A DNA stretch of 64,000 bases from Acidobacteriota bacterium. Its GTDB lineage: Bacteria; Acidobacteriota; Polarisedimenticolia; SMYD01. The position numbers were made by a program, and so were the translations under genes. A model generated the notes under the pieces. It worked only from the letters and a program-made list of their open reading frames with translations, was not told the origin of the DNA and made no database searches. Each line of letters begins with the position of its first letter. The first letter of the stretch is position 1. The DNA lies in NCBI GenBank assembly GCA_046757965.1, contig JBHHZI010000002.1, positions 2,253 to 66,252 of the forward strand, read 5' to 3'. Positions 52,070 through 61,247 of the stretch are shown here, in pieces.

Positions 52070-53350
52070 ATGGCGACCGCGGTGAAGACGAGACCGGACA
52101 TCGGAGGAGAAGAGAAGGTGGCTGCCGGCCGCTTCGACGGCATATCCCGGCCGTACTCGGCGGAAGAGGTCGCGTCCCTGCGGGGCTCCGTCCCCATCGC
52201 CCATACACTCGCGGACCGCGGTGCGCGCCGTCTCTGGAAGTTGTTGACCACCCGGGACCACGTGAAGGCCCTGGGCGCCGTCACCGGCAACCAGGCGATG
52301 CAGATGGTGCGGGCCGGTCTGCCTGCGATCTACTGCAGCGGCTGGCAGGTGGCCGCCGACGCCAACTCGGCCGGCCAGATGTACCCCGACCAGAGCCTGT
52401 ATCCCGTCGACAGCGTGCCGCGACTGGTGCGCCAGATCAACCGGGCGCTGGAGCGGGCCGACCAGATCGGCCGGCAGGACGAGGATGCCGGCCGGGAGTG
52501 GTACGCGCCCATCGTGGCCGATGCCGAGGCCGGTTTCGGCGGGCCGCTCAATGCCTTCGAGCTGATGAAATCGATGATCGAGGCCGGCGCCGCCGGCGTG
52601 CATTTCGAGGACCAGCTCAGCTCGGAGAAGAAGTGTGGTCACCTTGGCGGCAAGGTCCTGGTGCCCACGGCCCACTTCATTCGCACCCTGACGGCGGCCC
52701 GCCTGGCCGCGGACGTGCTGGACGTCCCCACGATTCTCATCGCCCGCACGGACGCCAACAGCGCGCAACTGCTGACCTCCGACATCGACCCGCGCGACCA
52801 CCGCTTCCTCACCGGCGAGCGCACTCCCGAGGGGTTTCATCGCATCAGCGGCGGTCTGGATGTCGCCATCGCCCGGGGCCTGGCGTACGCACCGTACGCC
52901 GACCTCCTCTGGTGCGAGACCGCGCGCCCCGACCTGGCCGAGGCGCGGCGTTTCGCCGAGGCGATTCATGCCGAGTTTCCGGACAAGATGCTGGCCTACA
53001 ACTGCTCGCCGTCGTTCAACTGGCGCCGCAACCTCGACGATGGCACCATCGCCGGCTTCCAGCGGGAGCTGGGGGCCATGGGGTATCGATTCCAGTTCGT
53101 CACGCTGGCGGGCTTCCACGCCCTGAACATGAGCATGTTCGACCTGGCGTGCCGCTATCGCGAGGCCGGGATGACGGCCTACGCCGGCCTGCAGGAGCAG
53201 GAATTCGCGGCCGAGGCGGCGGGATACTCGGCGACACGCCATCAGCGCGAGGTCGGGACCGGCTACTTCGACCGTGTGCGAGATGTCATCTCGGGCGGCA
53301 CCGCCTCGACCTCGGCCCTGGAGTCATCCACCGAATCCGACCAGTTCTGA
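52070..53350 (+). CDS. aceA: Isocitrate lyase.
   Basis: The isocitrate lyase signature KKCGHLGGK is present, with the SGWQ region upstream. The length is 426 aa. Confidence 0.9.
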   Translation: MATAVKTRPDIGGEEKVAAGRFDGISRPYSAEEVASLRGSVPIAHTLADRGARRLWKLLTTRDHVKALGAVTGNQAMQMVRAGLPAIYCSGWQVAADANSAGQMYPDQSLYPVDSVPRLVRQINRALERADQIGRQDEDAGREWYAPIVADAEAGFGGPLNAFELMKSMIEAGAAGVHFEDQLSSEKKCGHLGGKVLVPTAHFIRTLTAARLAADVLDVPTILIARTDANSAQLLTSDIDPRDHRFLTGERTPEGFHRISGGLDVAIARGLAYAPYADLLWCETARPDLAEARRFAEAIHAEFPDKMLAYNCSPSFNWRRNLDDGTIAGFQRELGAMGYRFQFVTLAGFHALNMSMFDLACRYREAGMTAYAGLQEQEFAAEAAGYSATRHQREVGTGYFDRVRDVISGGTASTSALESSTESDQF

Positions 53351-53536
53351 AGCAGCGGACGCCCGGCGATGTCGCGGGCCGGTGTGGGAGTCAGTCTGTA
53401 CGACCGCGCCTGCAGCGTCGAAGGGTTCCGGCGTTCCGCCGGATCCCCGGTCCCGGATCCCGGGGCCTAGGACATTGGCGCGTCGATCGATGGTGTAGAA
53501 TCGCCCGGATCCCGCCAAGGAGAATCCACGCCGGCC

Positions 53537-54472
53537 ATGCGCGAGCGCACCTGGAGCCAGAGTTCCACCGCCTCGGTCCGCGTGCGTCATCGTCCGTGGC
53601 GGGCCTGCCTTCTGGCGCTGGCGGTGGCGGCCGCTGTGATCGGCACCGGTTGCTCGGCGGAAGATGCCGGGCAGTCCGTCCCACCTCCGGCCGCGTCCAC
53701 GCAGGAGACGCCGCCGCCTGCATCGTCTGCCGGACCGGGCGTGACGTCGCCGCCGGAGAATCCGCGACTGGCCGCCCTGTTCGCTGCGGTGAAGGCCAGG
53801 CCGGAGGATGCGGCGGCCCACCACGCACTGGGTCGCATGCTGCACGAGGCCCATCGCCGCGATGAGGGGCTCGTTCACTTCCAGCGGGCCGTCGAGTTGG
53901 ACCCCAGCCTGACGAATCTCTTCGATCTGGCGGTGGCGCAGACCGCCATGTCCCGCCTGCGTGAGGCCGAGGCGACCTATCGGCGCGTGCTGACGCTGAT
54001 TCCCGATGAGCCCCGGGCCCTGCAGAATCTGGGCAACGTGCTGCTCAACCAGGGGCGCAAGGACGAGGCGATCGCGGCGCTGACGCGAGCGTTGCGCGTG
54101 AAGCCCGACCTCCTTCTCGCTCGCTACCAGCTCGCGGGCATCTACAAGTTCTATGGCCAGTTCGAGGAGGCCTACGGCATGTACCAGGGCGTCCTGGACA
54201 CGACGCCCCATGACGCCCAGGAACAGCAGGCCGTGGCCGACAGTCTCTACCAGATCGCCTCCATCGATGTCTCCCGGGGGGCCTACAGCCAGGCCGAGCA
54301 GAACCTCGCCCGTCTGCTGCAGCTCGTGCCCGATCACAAGTCAGCGCACTACATGCGTGGCCAGGCCCTGCTGCACCTCGGGCGCGACGACGAGGCCGAG
54401 CAGGAGTTCGACACACACGTGCGCCTCCTGGCCAGTCGCCCTGCCAACTCGCCGATGGCGTCTTCCCGGTGA
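53537..54472 (+). CDS. Tetratricopeptide-repeat lipoprotein.
   Basis: It has a signal plus lipobox (AVIGTGCSAE) and multiple 34-residue TPR units (AHHALGRMLHEAHRRDEGLVHFQRAVELDP etc.). Confidence 0.6.
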   Translation: MRERTWSQSSTASVRVRHRPWRACLLALAVAAAVIGTGCSAEDAGQSVPPPAASTQETPPPASSAGPGVTSPPENPRLAALFAAVKARPEDAAAHHALGRMLHEAHRRDEGLVHFQRAVELDPSLTNLFDLAVAQTAMSRLREAEATYRRVLTLIPDEPRALQNLGNVLLNQGRKDEAIAALTRALRVKPDLLLARYQLAGIYKFYGQFEEAYGMYQGVLDTTPHDAQEQQAVADSLYQIASIDVSRGAYSQAEQNLARLLQLVPDHKSAHYMRGQALLHLGRDDEAEQEFDTHVRLLASRPANSPMASSR

Positions 54473-56187
54473 GGCCGCCCCGGGTCGTTGCCGCCGCCGT
54501 CCTGGCGGCGGTGCTGCCGGTGGTGGGGATCCTGATGGGTCCGGGATCCCGGCTGGCGTTTGCTGCCCCGCAGGCGACCACGTTGAACTTCGTGGATGTG
54601 GCGGCGGCGTCGGGAATCGACGACCGCAACGTCTGCGGGGCCGCCGGGGCCGGCAAGGGCTGGATCACGGAGACCATCGGCACCGGGCTGGGGTGGCTGG
54701 ACTTCGATGGGGACGGCGATCTGGACCTGTATCTTCTCAACGGGTCCACCCACGAGCGCGGCAGTGGTCAGGGCGAGCCGAACCGACTCTTTCGTAACGT
54801 CGGCGAGGGCCGTTTCGTGGATGTGACGGCGACGGCCGGCGTGGGGGATCGCGGCTGGGGATATGGCCTGGCGGTGGGGGACATCGACAACGATGGCGAC
54901 CCGGACCTGTATGTCACCAACCTCGGCGCCGATCGCTTCTTCCTCAACAACGGCGATGGCACGTTCAGCGACCACACGCAGCAGGCCGGCCTCGGGCAGA
55001 CCGGCTGGGGAGCCTCCGCGGCGTTCTTCGACATGGACGCCGACGGCGACCTCGACCTCTACGTCGGCAACTACGTCGCCTTCGACACGACGACCGTGCC
55101 CCGGCGCGGCACGCCCGAGGCGGACCAGCCCTGGTGCATCTGGCTGGGAGTGCCTTCCGTCTGCGGACCGCGGGGCCTCGTCCCGGAACCGGATCTGCTC
55201 TACCGGAACAACGGAGACGGCACCTTCACCGATGTCAGCGAGGCCGCGGGCATCCGCCTGAATAAGGCCCGCTACGCCCTCGGGGTGGTGACGGCGGACT
55301 ACGACAACGATGGCGACCAGGATGTCTACGTCGCCAACGACAGCGTGCAGAACTCCTTGTGGCGCAACGACGGGCATGGCGTCTTCACCGACGTGGGCAT
55401 CATCTCCCTCAGCGCGCTCAGTGCCGACGGCAATCCGCAGGCCGGCATGGGCGTGGACTTCGGTGATTTCGACGGCGATGGCTGGCTGGACCTGGTGGTG
55501 ACGAACTTCTCCCATGACCTGAACTCGATCTATCGGAACGGCAAGGGGAGGTTCTTCACCGATGAATCCAGCACCATCGGCATGGGCGCGACGGCCATGG
55601 AGCTGTCCTGGGGAACCGGCTTTCGTGACTTCGACCAGGATGGCGACCTGGACCTGTTCATCGCCAACGGCCACGTCTATCCATGGGTGGACGATTCGGA
55701 CATGGGAACCCGCTATCGCCAGCGCAACCACCTGTTCATCAACACGGGCAAGCGCTTCGTCGAGGAATCGAAGACGGCCGGCGATGGCATGCAGATCACC
55801 CGCTCGTTCCGGGCGGCGGCCTTCGCCGACTACGACAACGATGGCGACCTGGACGTGGCGCTGACCGCTCTCGACGAGGCGGCGGTGCTGCTCAGAAACG
55901 ACAGCGCCGGCCTGGGCCACTTCCTCGCCATCCGTCTGGTCGGCGGGATCTCGAACCGGGACGGCGTCGGTGCCCGTGTCACCGCAACCGTGGGGAAGCA
56001 AAGCCTGACCCGCGAGCGCAAGGGAGGCGGCTCGTTTCTCTCCGCCTCCGACCCACGCCTCCACTTCGGCCTGGGCGCCGCCACCCGCGTCGACCACCTC
56101 GAGATCCGCTGGCCCTCCGGTACCGTCCAGACCCTCGACAGCGTCGCCGCCGACCAGATCCTGACGATCAGCGAACCCACACCATGA
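54469..56187 (+). CDS. CRTAC1-family protein (FG-GAP/VCBS beta-propeller repeats plus an ASPIC/UnbV C-terminal domain).
   Basis: There are many repeats of the DxDxDGDxDLY type (DFDGDGDLDLYL, DIDNDGDPDLYV, DMDADGDLDLYV, DYDNDGDQDVYV, DFDGDGWLDLVV, DFDQDGDLDLFI, DYDNDGDLDVAL). The C-terminal region is UnbV/ASPIC-like. It is coupled to the upstream TPR gene with a 4-bp overlap. Confidence 0.7.
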   Translation: MRPPRVVAAAVLAAVLPVVGILMGPGSRLAFAAPQATTLNFVDVAAASGIDDRNVCGAAGAGKGWITETIGTGLGWLDFDGDGDLDLYLLNGSTHERGSGQGEPNRLFRNVGEGRFVDVTATAGVGDRGWGYGLAVGDIDNDGDPDLYVTNLGADRFFLNNGDGTFSDHTQQAGLGQTGWGASAAFFDMDADGDLDLYVGNYVAFDTTTVPRRGTPEADQPWCIWLGVPSVCGPRGLVPEPDLLYRNNGDGTFTDVSEAAGIRLNKARYALGVVTADYDNDGDQDVYVANDSVQNSLWRNDGHGVFTDVGIISLSALSADGNPQAGMGVDFGDFDGDGWLDLVVTNFSHDLNSIYRNGKGRFFTDESSTIGMGATAMELSWGTGFRDFDQDGDLDLFIANGHVYPWVDDSDMGTRYRQRNHLFINTGKRFVEESKTAGDGMQITRSFRAAAFADYDNDGDLDVALTALDEAAVLLRNDSAGLGHFLAIRLVGGISNRDGVGARVTATVGKQSLTRERKGGGSFLSASDPRLHFGLGAATRVDHLEIRWPSGTVQTLDSVAADQILTISEPTP

Positions 56188-56324
56188 GCCGCGCCTTCGC
56201 CCTGCGTCGTCCCTCGGCGCCTGCGGGCGCGGCGGTTCAGCGCCGCCGAATACGCGCCTGATTGTGACGCTGACTCCCGCCGGCGGTCGTCCACGGAGAA
56301 TCCGGTCAGCCTCCGGGGCAACAG

Positions 56325-58034
56325 TCAGGGACCGCTGTCGAGGCGCTGGCGCAGCCAGGTGGCGGCCTGGTGCACGGTGTACTTGTCCTGATCGCGGTCG
56401 ACGAGGTTGTTGGCCTGTCGCATGGTGGCGACATCGATGTTTCCGAGCAACGGCTGGAGGGCCGCGGCCACACCCCTGCGTGCGGCGGCGGCTGCGGAGA
56501 GCAGGAGCACGGCGTCGTAGGGTGGGATGATGCCGAGGGGGTCGGCGAGAACCTGCAGGTCGAACGCCGCGATGCGCCCGTCGCTGCTGAAGGCGGCGAT
56601 GATATCCACAGCGCCACGGCGGACGGCATCGTACATGAAGGTGGAATCGAAGCTGACCTGCGCGGCGAACTTCAGGCCGTAGGCGGCGGCGAGCTGCCGC
56701 CATTCCGGACGCCCGAAGAACTCGTAGTCTCCTCCCAGCCGCATGTCCGGCGCGTGTGGCGCCAGGTCCTCGATGGTGCGCAGATGCCCTGCCGCGGCGC
56801 GGGATCTGGGCAGCGCCAGGGCGTAGGCGTTCTCGAAGCCGAGAGAGCCGAGGCAGACGATGCCGCGCTCGGTGCGCAACCATGCCGTCATCTCATCCAG
56901 AACCTGCTGTCGTGATGGGCTGCTGCCGCGGTGCATGTGGTTGGCCCAGATGGTGCCCGAGTAGTCGACGTAGATGTCGAGGTCACCGGTGGCGAGGGCA
57001 TCGAAGATGATGGTGGACCCCAGCGAGTCGACCCGCCGGGTGGAGAAACCGGCAGCGGTCAGGGTCTGATCGATCAGATCGGCGAGGATGTACTGCTCGG
57101 TGAACGTCTTGGCCCCGATGGCCAGCACCGCGTCACGGTCGCTGCGGTCGGCGGTCGGGCGGGGGGCTCCGAAAACCCGGCCGTGGGGTACGTCGGGCTG
57201 CGGTCCCACCGCCGGCCCGGTCGCTGGTGGTGCTGCGGTACGAGTCGCCGCCATCGACGGCGTCGCGCGCGGTGCGGCGGCTCGCTGCCGTGCGGCCAGG
57301 CGCGGTGCCGCCAGCCCGGCGCCGACGAGCAGCACCAGGCCGGCGACGCAGGCCAGGGCGAGCCGCCGGTTGCGCCGGCGGGCGGCGGTCTCCAGGCCGG
57401 CCGCCAGCCCGTCGAGGATCAGGGCGAGGGTGGCGGCGGCCACGCAGCCGAACAGCACGGCTGTCCAGTTGCGTGTCTGCAGCCCCATGAAGATGTGGTT
57501 GCCCAGGCAGACCTGCCCCACCGGTGTGGCCAGCGTGGCGGTGCCGACCACCCAGACCAGGGCCGTCCGCACACCGGCCAGAATGACCGGGGCGGCGACG
57601 GGCAGCTCCACGCGCCGCAGGATCTGCCACGGGGTCATGCCCAGGGCGCGCGCGGCCTCGGTGAGGTCGGGGTCGACGCCGGTCAGGCCGGCCACGGTGT
57701 TGCGCAGCATCGGCAGCATGCTGTAGAGGGTGAGAGCCAGCACCGTGGGCACAAAACCCAGCACCGGCAGGTCGAACCCGGCGAGTCGCCGGGTGAGTCC
57801 GCCGGCAGCTGCCAGCATGGGCACCATGAGGGCCAGCAGCGCCAGGCCGGGGATGGTCTGGATGATCGCGGCACCACCCAGCAGCGTGGCGCGCCAGCGC
57901 TTCCGGCGCGACACCACGACGGCCAGTGGGAGGCTGAGCAGCATGCCGAGCCCCATCGACACCACCGTCAGTTGCAGATGATTCCCCAGCGTGGTGGGGA
58001 GCAGCGCGAACTGCTCCTGCAGGTTGGGCGTCAT
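56325..58034 (-). CDS. Osmoprotectant (glycine-betaine/choline type) ABC transporter fused permease plus substrate-binding protein (BusAB/OpuABC-like).
   Basis: The N-terminal half is a permease with 5-6 transmembrane helices and an EAA-like loop. The C-terminal half has an OpuAC-type binding fold (DAVLAIGAKTFTEQYILADLI...GDLDIYVDYSGTIW). Confidence 0.65.
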   Translation of the reverse strand: MTPNLQEQFALLPTTLGNHLQLTVVSMGLGMLLSLPLAVVVSRRKRWRATLLGGAAIIQTIPGLALLALMVPMLAAAGGLTRRLAGFDLPVLGFVPTVLALTLYSMLPMLRNTVAGLTGVDPDLTEAARALGMTPWQILRRVELPVAAPVILAGVRTALVWVVGTATLATPVGQVCLGNHIFMGLQTRNWTAVLFGCVAAATLALILDGLAAGLETAARRRNRRLALACVAGLVLLVGAGLAAPRLAARQRAAAPRATPSMAATRTAAPPATGPAVGPQPDVPHGRVFGAPRPTADRSDRDAVLAIGAKTFTEQYILADLIDQTLTAAGFSTRRVDSLGSTIIFDALATGDLDIYVDYSGTIWANHMHRGSSPSRQQVLDEMTAWLRTERGIVCLGSLGFENAYALALPRSRAAAGHLRTIEDLAPHAPDMRLGGDYEFFGRPEWRQLAAAYGLKFAAQVSFDSTFMYDAVRRGAVDIIAAFSSDGRIAAFDLQVLADPLGIIPPYDAVLLLSAAAAARRGVAAALQPLLGNIDVATMRQANNLVDRDQDKYTVHQAATWLRQRLDSGP

Positions 58035-58810
58035 GACGGGGACGAACCGCCGCGAACCAGCGTCTCGACCCGGTCGGCCTGGCGTCGAGGCGTGTCCATG
58101 AGGCGCTGCACATACGGGTCGGGCGGCGAGGCCAGCAGTGTATGGGGCGTCCCGGTGGCGAGCAGCCGTCCGCTCCGCAACACCGCCACGCGGTCGGCCA
58201 GGAGCAGCGCCTCGGTCATGTCGTGAGTGACCAGCACCGTGGTGAGCTCCAGTCGTTCGTGGAGGGCACGAAGCTCATCCTGAAGAGATGCGCGGGTGAG
58301 CGGGTCGAGGGCACCGAACGGCTCGTCCATCAGCAGCAGCCGTGGGCGGGCCGCCAGGGCGCGCGCCACCCCGACCCGCTGGCGCTGTCCCCCGGACAGG
58401 TCGCGGGGCAGGCGGCCGGCGAACTCCGCCGGGTCCAGATGGACCATCTCCAGCAGTTCATCGACGCGAGATGCGACCTTGGTGGCCGGCCAGCCGAGCA
58501 GCTCGGGGACCACCCCGATGTTGCCCGTCACGGTGAGATGTGGAAAGAGGCCGATCCCCTGGAAGACATAACCGATGGAGCGGCGCAGTGTGATCGGGTC
58601 ATGGTCGCTCACATTCCGGCCGTCCACGGCGATGCGGCCGCTGGTCGGTTCGACCAGACGGTTGATCAGCTTCAGTGTGGTGGTCTTGCCGCAGCCGGAC
58701 TCGCCCAGGAGCACCAGCAGTTCACCGGCCGCCACGTCGAGGTCCAGACCGCAGAGAGCCTCCTGGGTGGCGCCTGGGAAGCGCTTGCGCACCTGCTCGA
58801 AGCGGATCAT
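58031..58810 (-). CDS. ABC transporter ATP-binding protein (OpuAA/ProV-like).
   Basis: Walker A is GESGCGKTT, the signature is LSGGQRQR, and Walker B is LLMDEPFGALD. It is coupled to the permease gene with a 4-bp overlap. Confidence 0.85.
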   Translation of the reverse strand: MIRFEQVRKRFPGATQEALCGLDLDVAAGELLVLLGESGCGKTTTLKLINRLVEPTSGRIAVDGRNVSDHDPITLRRSIGYVFQGIGLFPHLTVTGNIGVVPELLGWPATKVASRVDELLEMVHLDPAEFAGRLPRDLSGGQRQRVGVARALAARPRLLLMDEPFGALDPLTRASLQDELRALHERLELTTVLVTHDMTEALLLADRVAVLRSGRLLATGTPHTLLASPPDPYVQRLMDTPRRQADRVETLVRGGSSPS

Positions 58811-58898
58811 CGCAGCCGTTGGACCCCTCGCCCCGAAAGGGGAACCACGGTCGCCATCGAGCCAGTGGCCCGGGGTCTGGCCGGCTCACACGTCGTGA

Positions 58899-60995
58899 TC
58901 ACCGGGAAGGTGATGACGACCGCCAGGTGATGAGCTTCAGGCGCGACAGGAGCATGACGTGACGCCGGATGGCGTCACCGTCGATGGGTCCGAACTCGGC
59001 ACTGAGGGCATCGCGGATGGCGTCGAGATCGGTCTGCCCATCGATGAAGTTGTGCAGCTCGAAGCGCACGTTGCCTCGCACCGGGTTGGCCGGATCTTTG
59101 AGCCAGCCGCGCTCGTCGTCGGCGGCCTCGACCTCGAGATAGGTATCGGAGATCGGCCCGCGCGTGGTGCGCACCGGGATCCGGCTGGAGACGACCGGCA
59201 GGGGAGGCGGGCTGGAGCCGGCGGTGCCGCGCCGGTTCGCATCAACCTGCAGCGCCCTGGTGAAGGCTGCAAACTGCGCACCGAGGGCGGCGAGGCTGGC
59301 ATCGAGCACCGCATCTGCGCCGGTGCGAAAGTGACGGACATCGGTCACCGTGGCGCGCGCCACCGCGTGGGCGCGAGCCAGGCGATTCTGTGCCTCGGCC
59401 CAGGCCCGACCCACCTCTTGCTCACCGGCTGCCGCCAGGGTCCGCACCGACTGACGGGCGGCCTGCCCCAGGCGGTGGGCCGCTCCAGCACCGGCGAGCG
59501 CGGCCAGATCCCCGGTGTCGGCCCCGTCCAGGCGGGCCAGGGTGAGGAGCGTGCCGGTGGCGATGATCTCCTCGCGCTCCAGCTCCACCGGGTCGACCTT
59601 GCCCGGCGTGTCCTCCGAGGTGTGGTGGGTGTAGTCCGGCTCGTGGCCGAACATCATGCCGGGGATGCGGCGGTCGATGAACACCTGATGGTCGCTGCCC
59701 GGCGCGAACGGCGTCACCACGGCGTTGAAGGTGGACAGCGAGCCGCGGGGCGTGCGGATGTTCATCTGCGACACCATCTCGACCATGTTGGCCACCACGT
59801 CGTTGAGGACCGATGGGATGGAGTCGGGTGTGCGCGAGAAGGTGGCCCGGGAATGGAGCAGCTCCTCGTTCTCCCCGACCATGTCCATGTTCAGGTTGGC
59901 GAGATAGGTGCCGCCGAAGTCCGGACCGGCCACCTCGGGGTGATGGTCGAGATAGGCCATGGTGCCGAAGAACTCCGGCACCCAGATGAACTGGAGGGTG
60001 CGCTGCGGCCGTGGCAGGCGGCCGCTCTTCACCAGCGCGAGGAGCGTCTGCGCCATGTCCAGGGTGGCGCCGGAGCCGCTGGCGTTGTCATTGGCCGATT
60101 CCTTCGGGTGATCGAGGTGGGCGCTGACCAGCAACACCTCCTCCGGTTTCGTCGAGCCGCGGATGAACGCCACCGGCACGTCCATGAAGAACGGTTCCAG
60201 ACCGATGCCCTCCGCCACGGCGTGGACGACGACATGCTCGCCGGCGGCCAGCAGGTCGCGCAGCATCCGTCCCTGGCGATTGGTGAGATTGAAGCCGAAG
60301 GTGACCCGGTCGAGTTCGCTCGTGCGCGGCCAGATGCCGGTGTACTGCAGCATGTCGGGGTACTCCCGGGCCCGGTCATCGTCGAGGAAGCAGACCACCG
60401 CCGCCGCCCCGTGCGCGAGCACCGCGAGGCGGTGAACGTCGCCGCCGTAGCCGGTGGCGAGGGCGATCTTGCCGCCCACATCCTTGCCGGCATAATCGGC
60501 CTCGGAGGTCCCCGCACCGACCCAGACCAGCTCCGCCGTGACATCGCCCGGGTTGGAGTAGGTCATCAGGCTCATCGCCACGTCGGCGTAGCCGACCAGG
60601 CGTTCCCGGCGGGGCTCGACCAGGGTCAGCTCCGCCCGGGTCATGTCGAAGCCCGGCGGCGATTGCCAGGTGCCGTACTGCACGTGACCGTCCGACGGGA
60701 ACGATTCGATGAAGGCATCGGTCTCGTCGAAGCCGTGGTCTCGAAGCTGCGACAGCACGTATTGGGCCGCTTCGCGGTACTGGCGCGAGCCCTGCACGCG
60801 ACTCCAGCGGGTCAGGCGGATGACATGTTCCTTGGCCCTCTCCCCGCTGAGTGATTCGTGGAGCAGGTCGCGGAGGTCCGGCGCCAGCAGTGGCTGGAAC
60901 TCCTGCGCGGCCACGGGCGCCGGTCCTGCGGTGAGAAGGCACAGCATGGCCGCCAGCACGGCCCCGCGTCGCCACCGACATCGGCTCATGGTCAT
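58899..60995 (-). CDS. Secreted M28-family zinc metallopeptidase (aminopeptidase-like) with a PA domain and a C-terminal extension.
   Basis: It has a signal peptide. M28 metal-ligand contexts are present (SAHLDHPKESANDNASGSGATLDMA; NMDMVGE; HHTSEDT). The start was chosen at MTMSRCRW. The listed ORF extends to 61034. Confidence 0.6.
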   Translation of the reverse strand: MTMSRCRWRRGAVLAAMLCLLTAGPAPVAAQEFQPLLAPDLRDLLHESLSGERAKEHVIRLTRWSRVQGSRQYREAAQYVLSQLRDHGFDETDAFIESFPSDGHVQYGTWQSPPGFDMTRAELTLVEPRRERLVGYADVAMSLMTYSNPGDVTAELVWVGAGTSEADYAGKDVGGKIALATGYGGDVHRLAVLAHGAAAVVCFLDDDRAREYPDMLQYTGIWPRTSELDRVTFGFNLTNRQGRMLRDLLAAGEHVVVHAVAEGIGLEPFFMDVPVAFIRGSTKPEEVLLVSAHLDHPKESANDNASGSGATLDMAQTLLALVKSGRLPRPQRTLQFIWVPEFFGTMAYLDHHPEVAGPDFGGTYLANLNMDMVGENEELLHSRATFSRTPDSIPSVLNDVVANMVEMVSQMNIRTPRGSLSTFNAVVTPFAPGSDHQVFIDRRIPGMMFGHEPDYTHHTSEDTPGKVDPVELEREEIIATGTLLTLARLDGADTGDLAALAGAGAAHRLGQAARQSVRTLAAAGEQEVGRAWAEAQNRLARAHAVARATVTDVRHFRTGADAVLDASLAALGAQFAAFTRALQVDANRRGTAGSSPPPLPVVSSRIPVRTTRGPISDTYLEVEAADDERGWLKDPANPVRGNVRFELHNFIDGQTDLDAIRDALSAEFGPIDGDAIRRHVMLLSRLKLITWRSSSPSR

Positions 60996-61247
60996 CTCCC
61001 GCTCCCGGTCCGGCCCGGCTCCGGTCCGGCCCATCGTAACATTCGCGACGGCGGCACGGGACCATGACCCGGCGCCGGACAGACCGCAGGGGAGACACCC
61101 TGTCGGGTGCCTCCCCGGTGCGGGAAGGTCAGGTCGTGGTGTCGCCGGCAGGTGTTGCCGGCACGCATCCCTGCACGTTGCCGCGCCGGCGTCGAGCCGG
61201 TGGCTCCTGGGGGCGTGCGGTCGGCCGGGTACGGCCGGGACGTCGAC

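Noticed and set aside
56188-56324. Short GC hairpin (GCGGCG-gttcag-CGCCGC) between the convergent CRTAC1 and ABC-permease genes as a terminator.
   Set aside because: The stem is only 6 bp and there is no U-tract. Plausible but unsupported.
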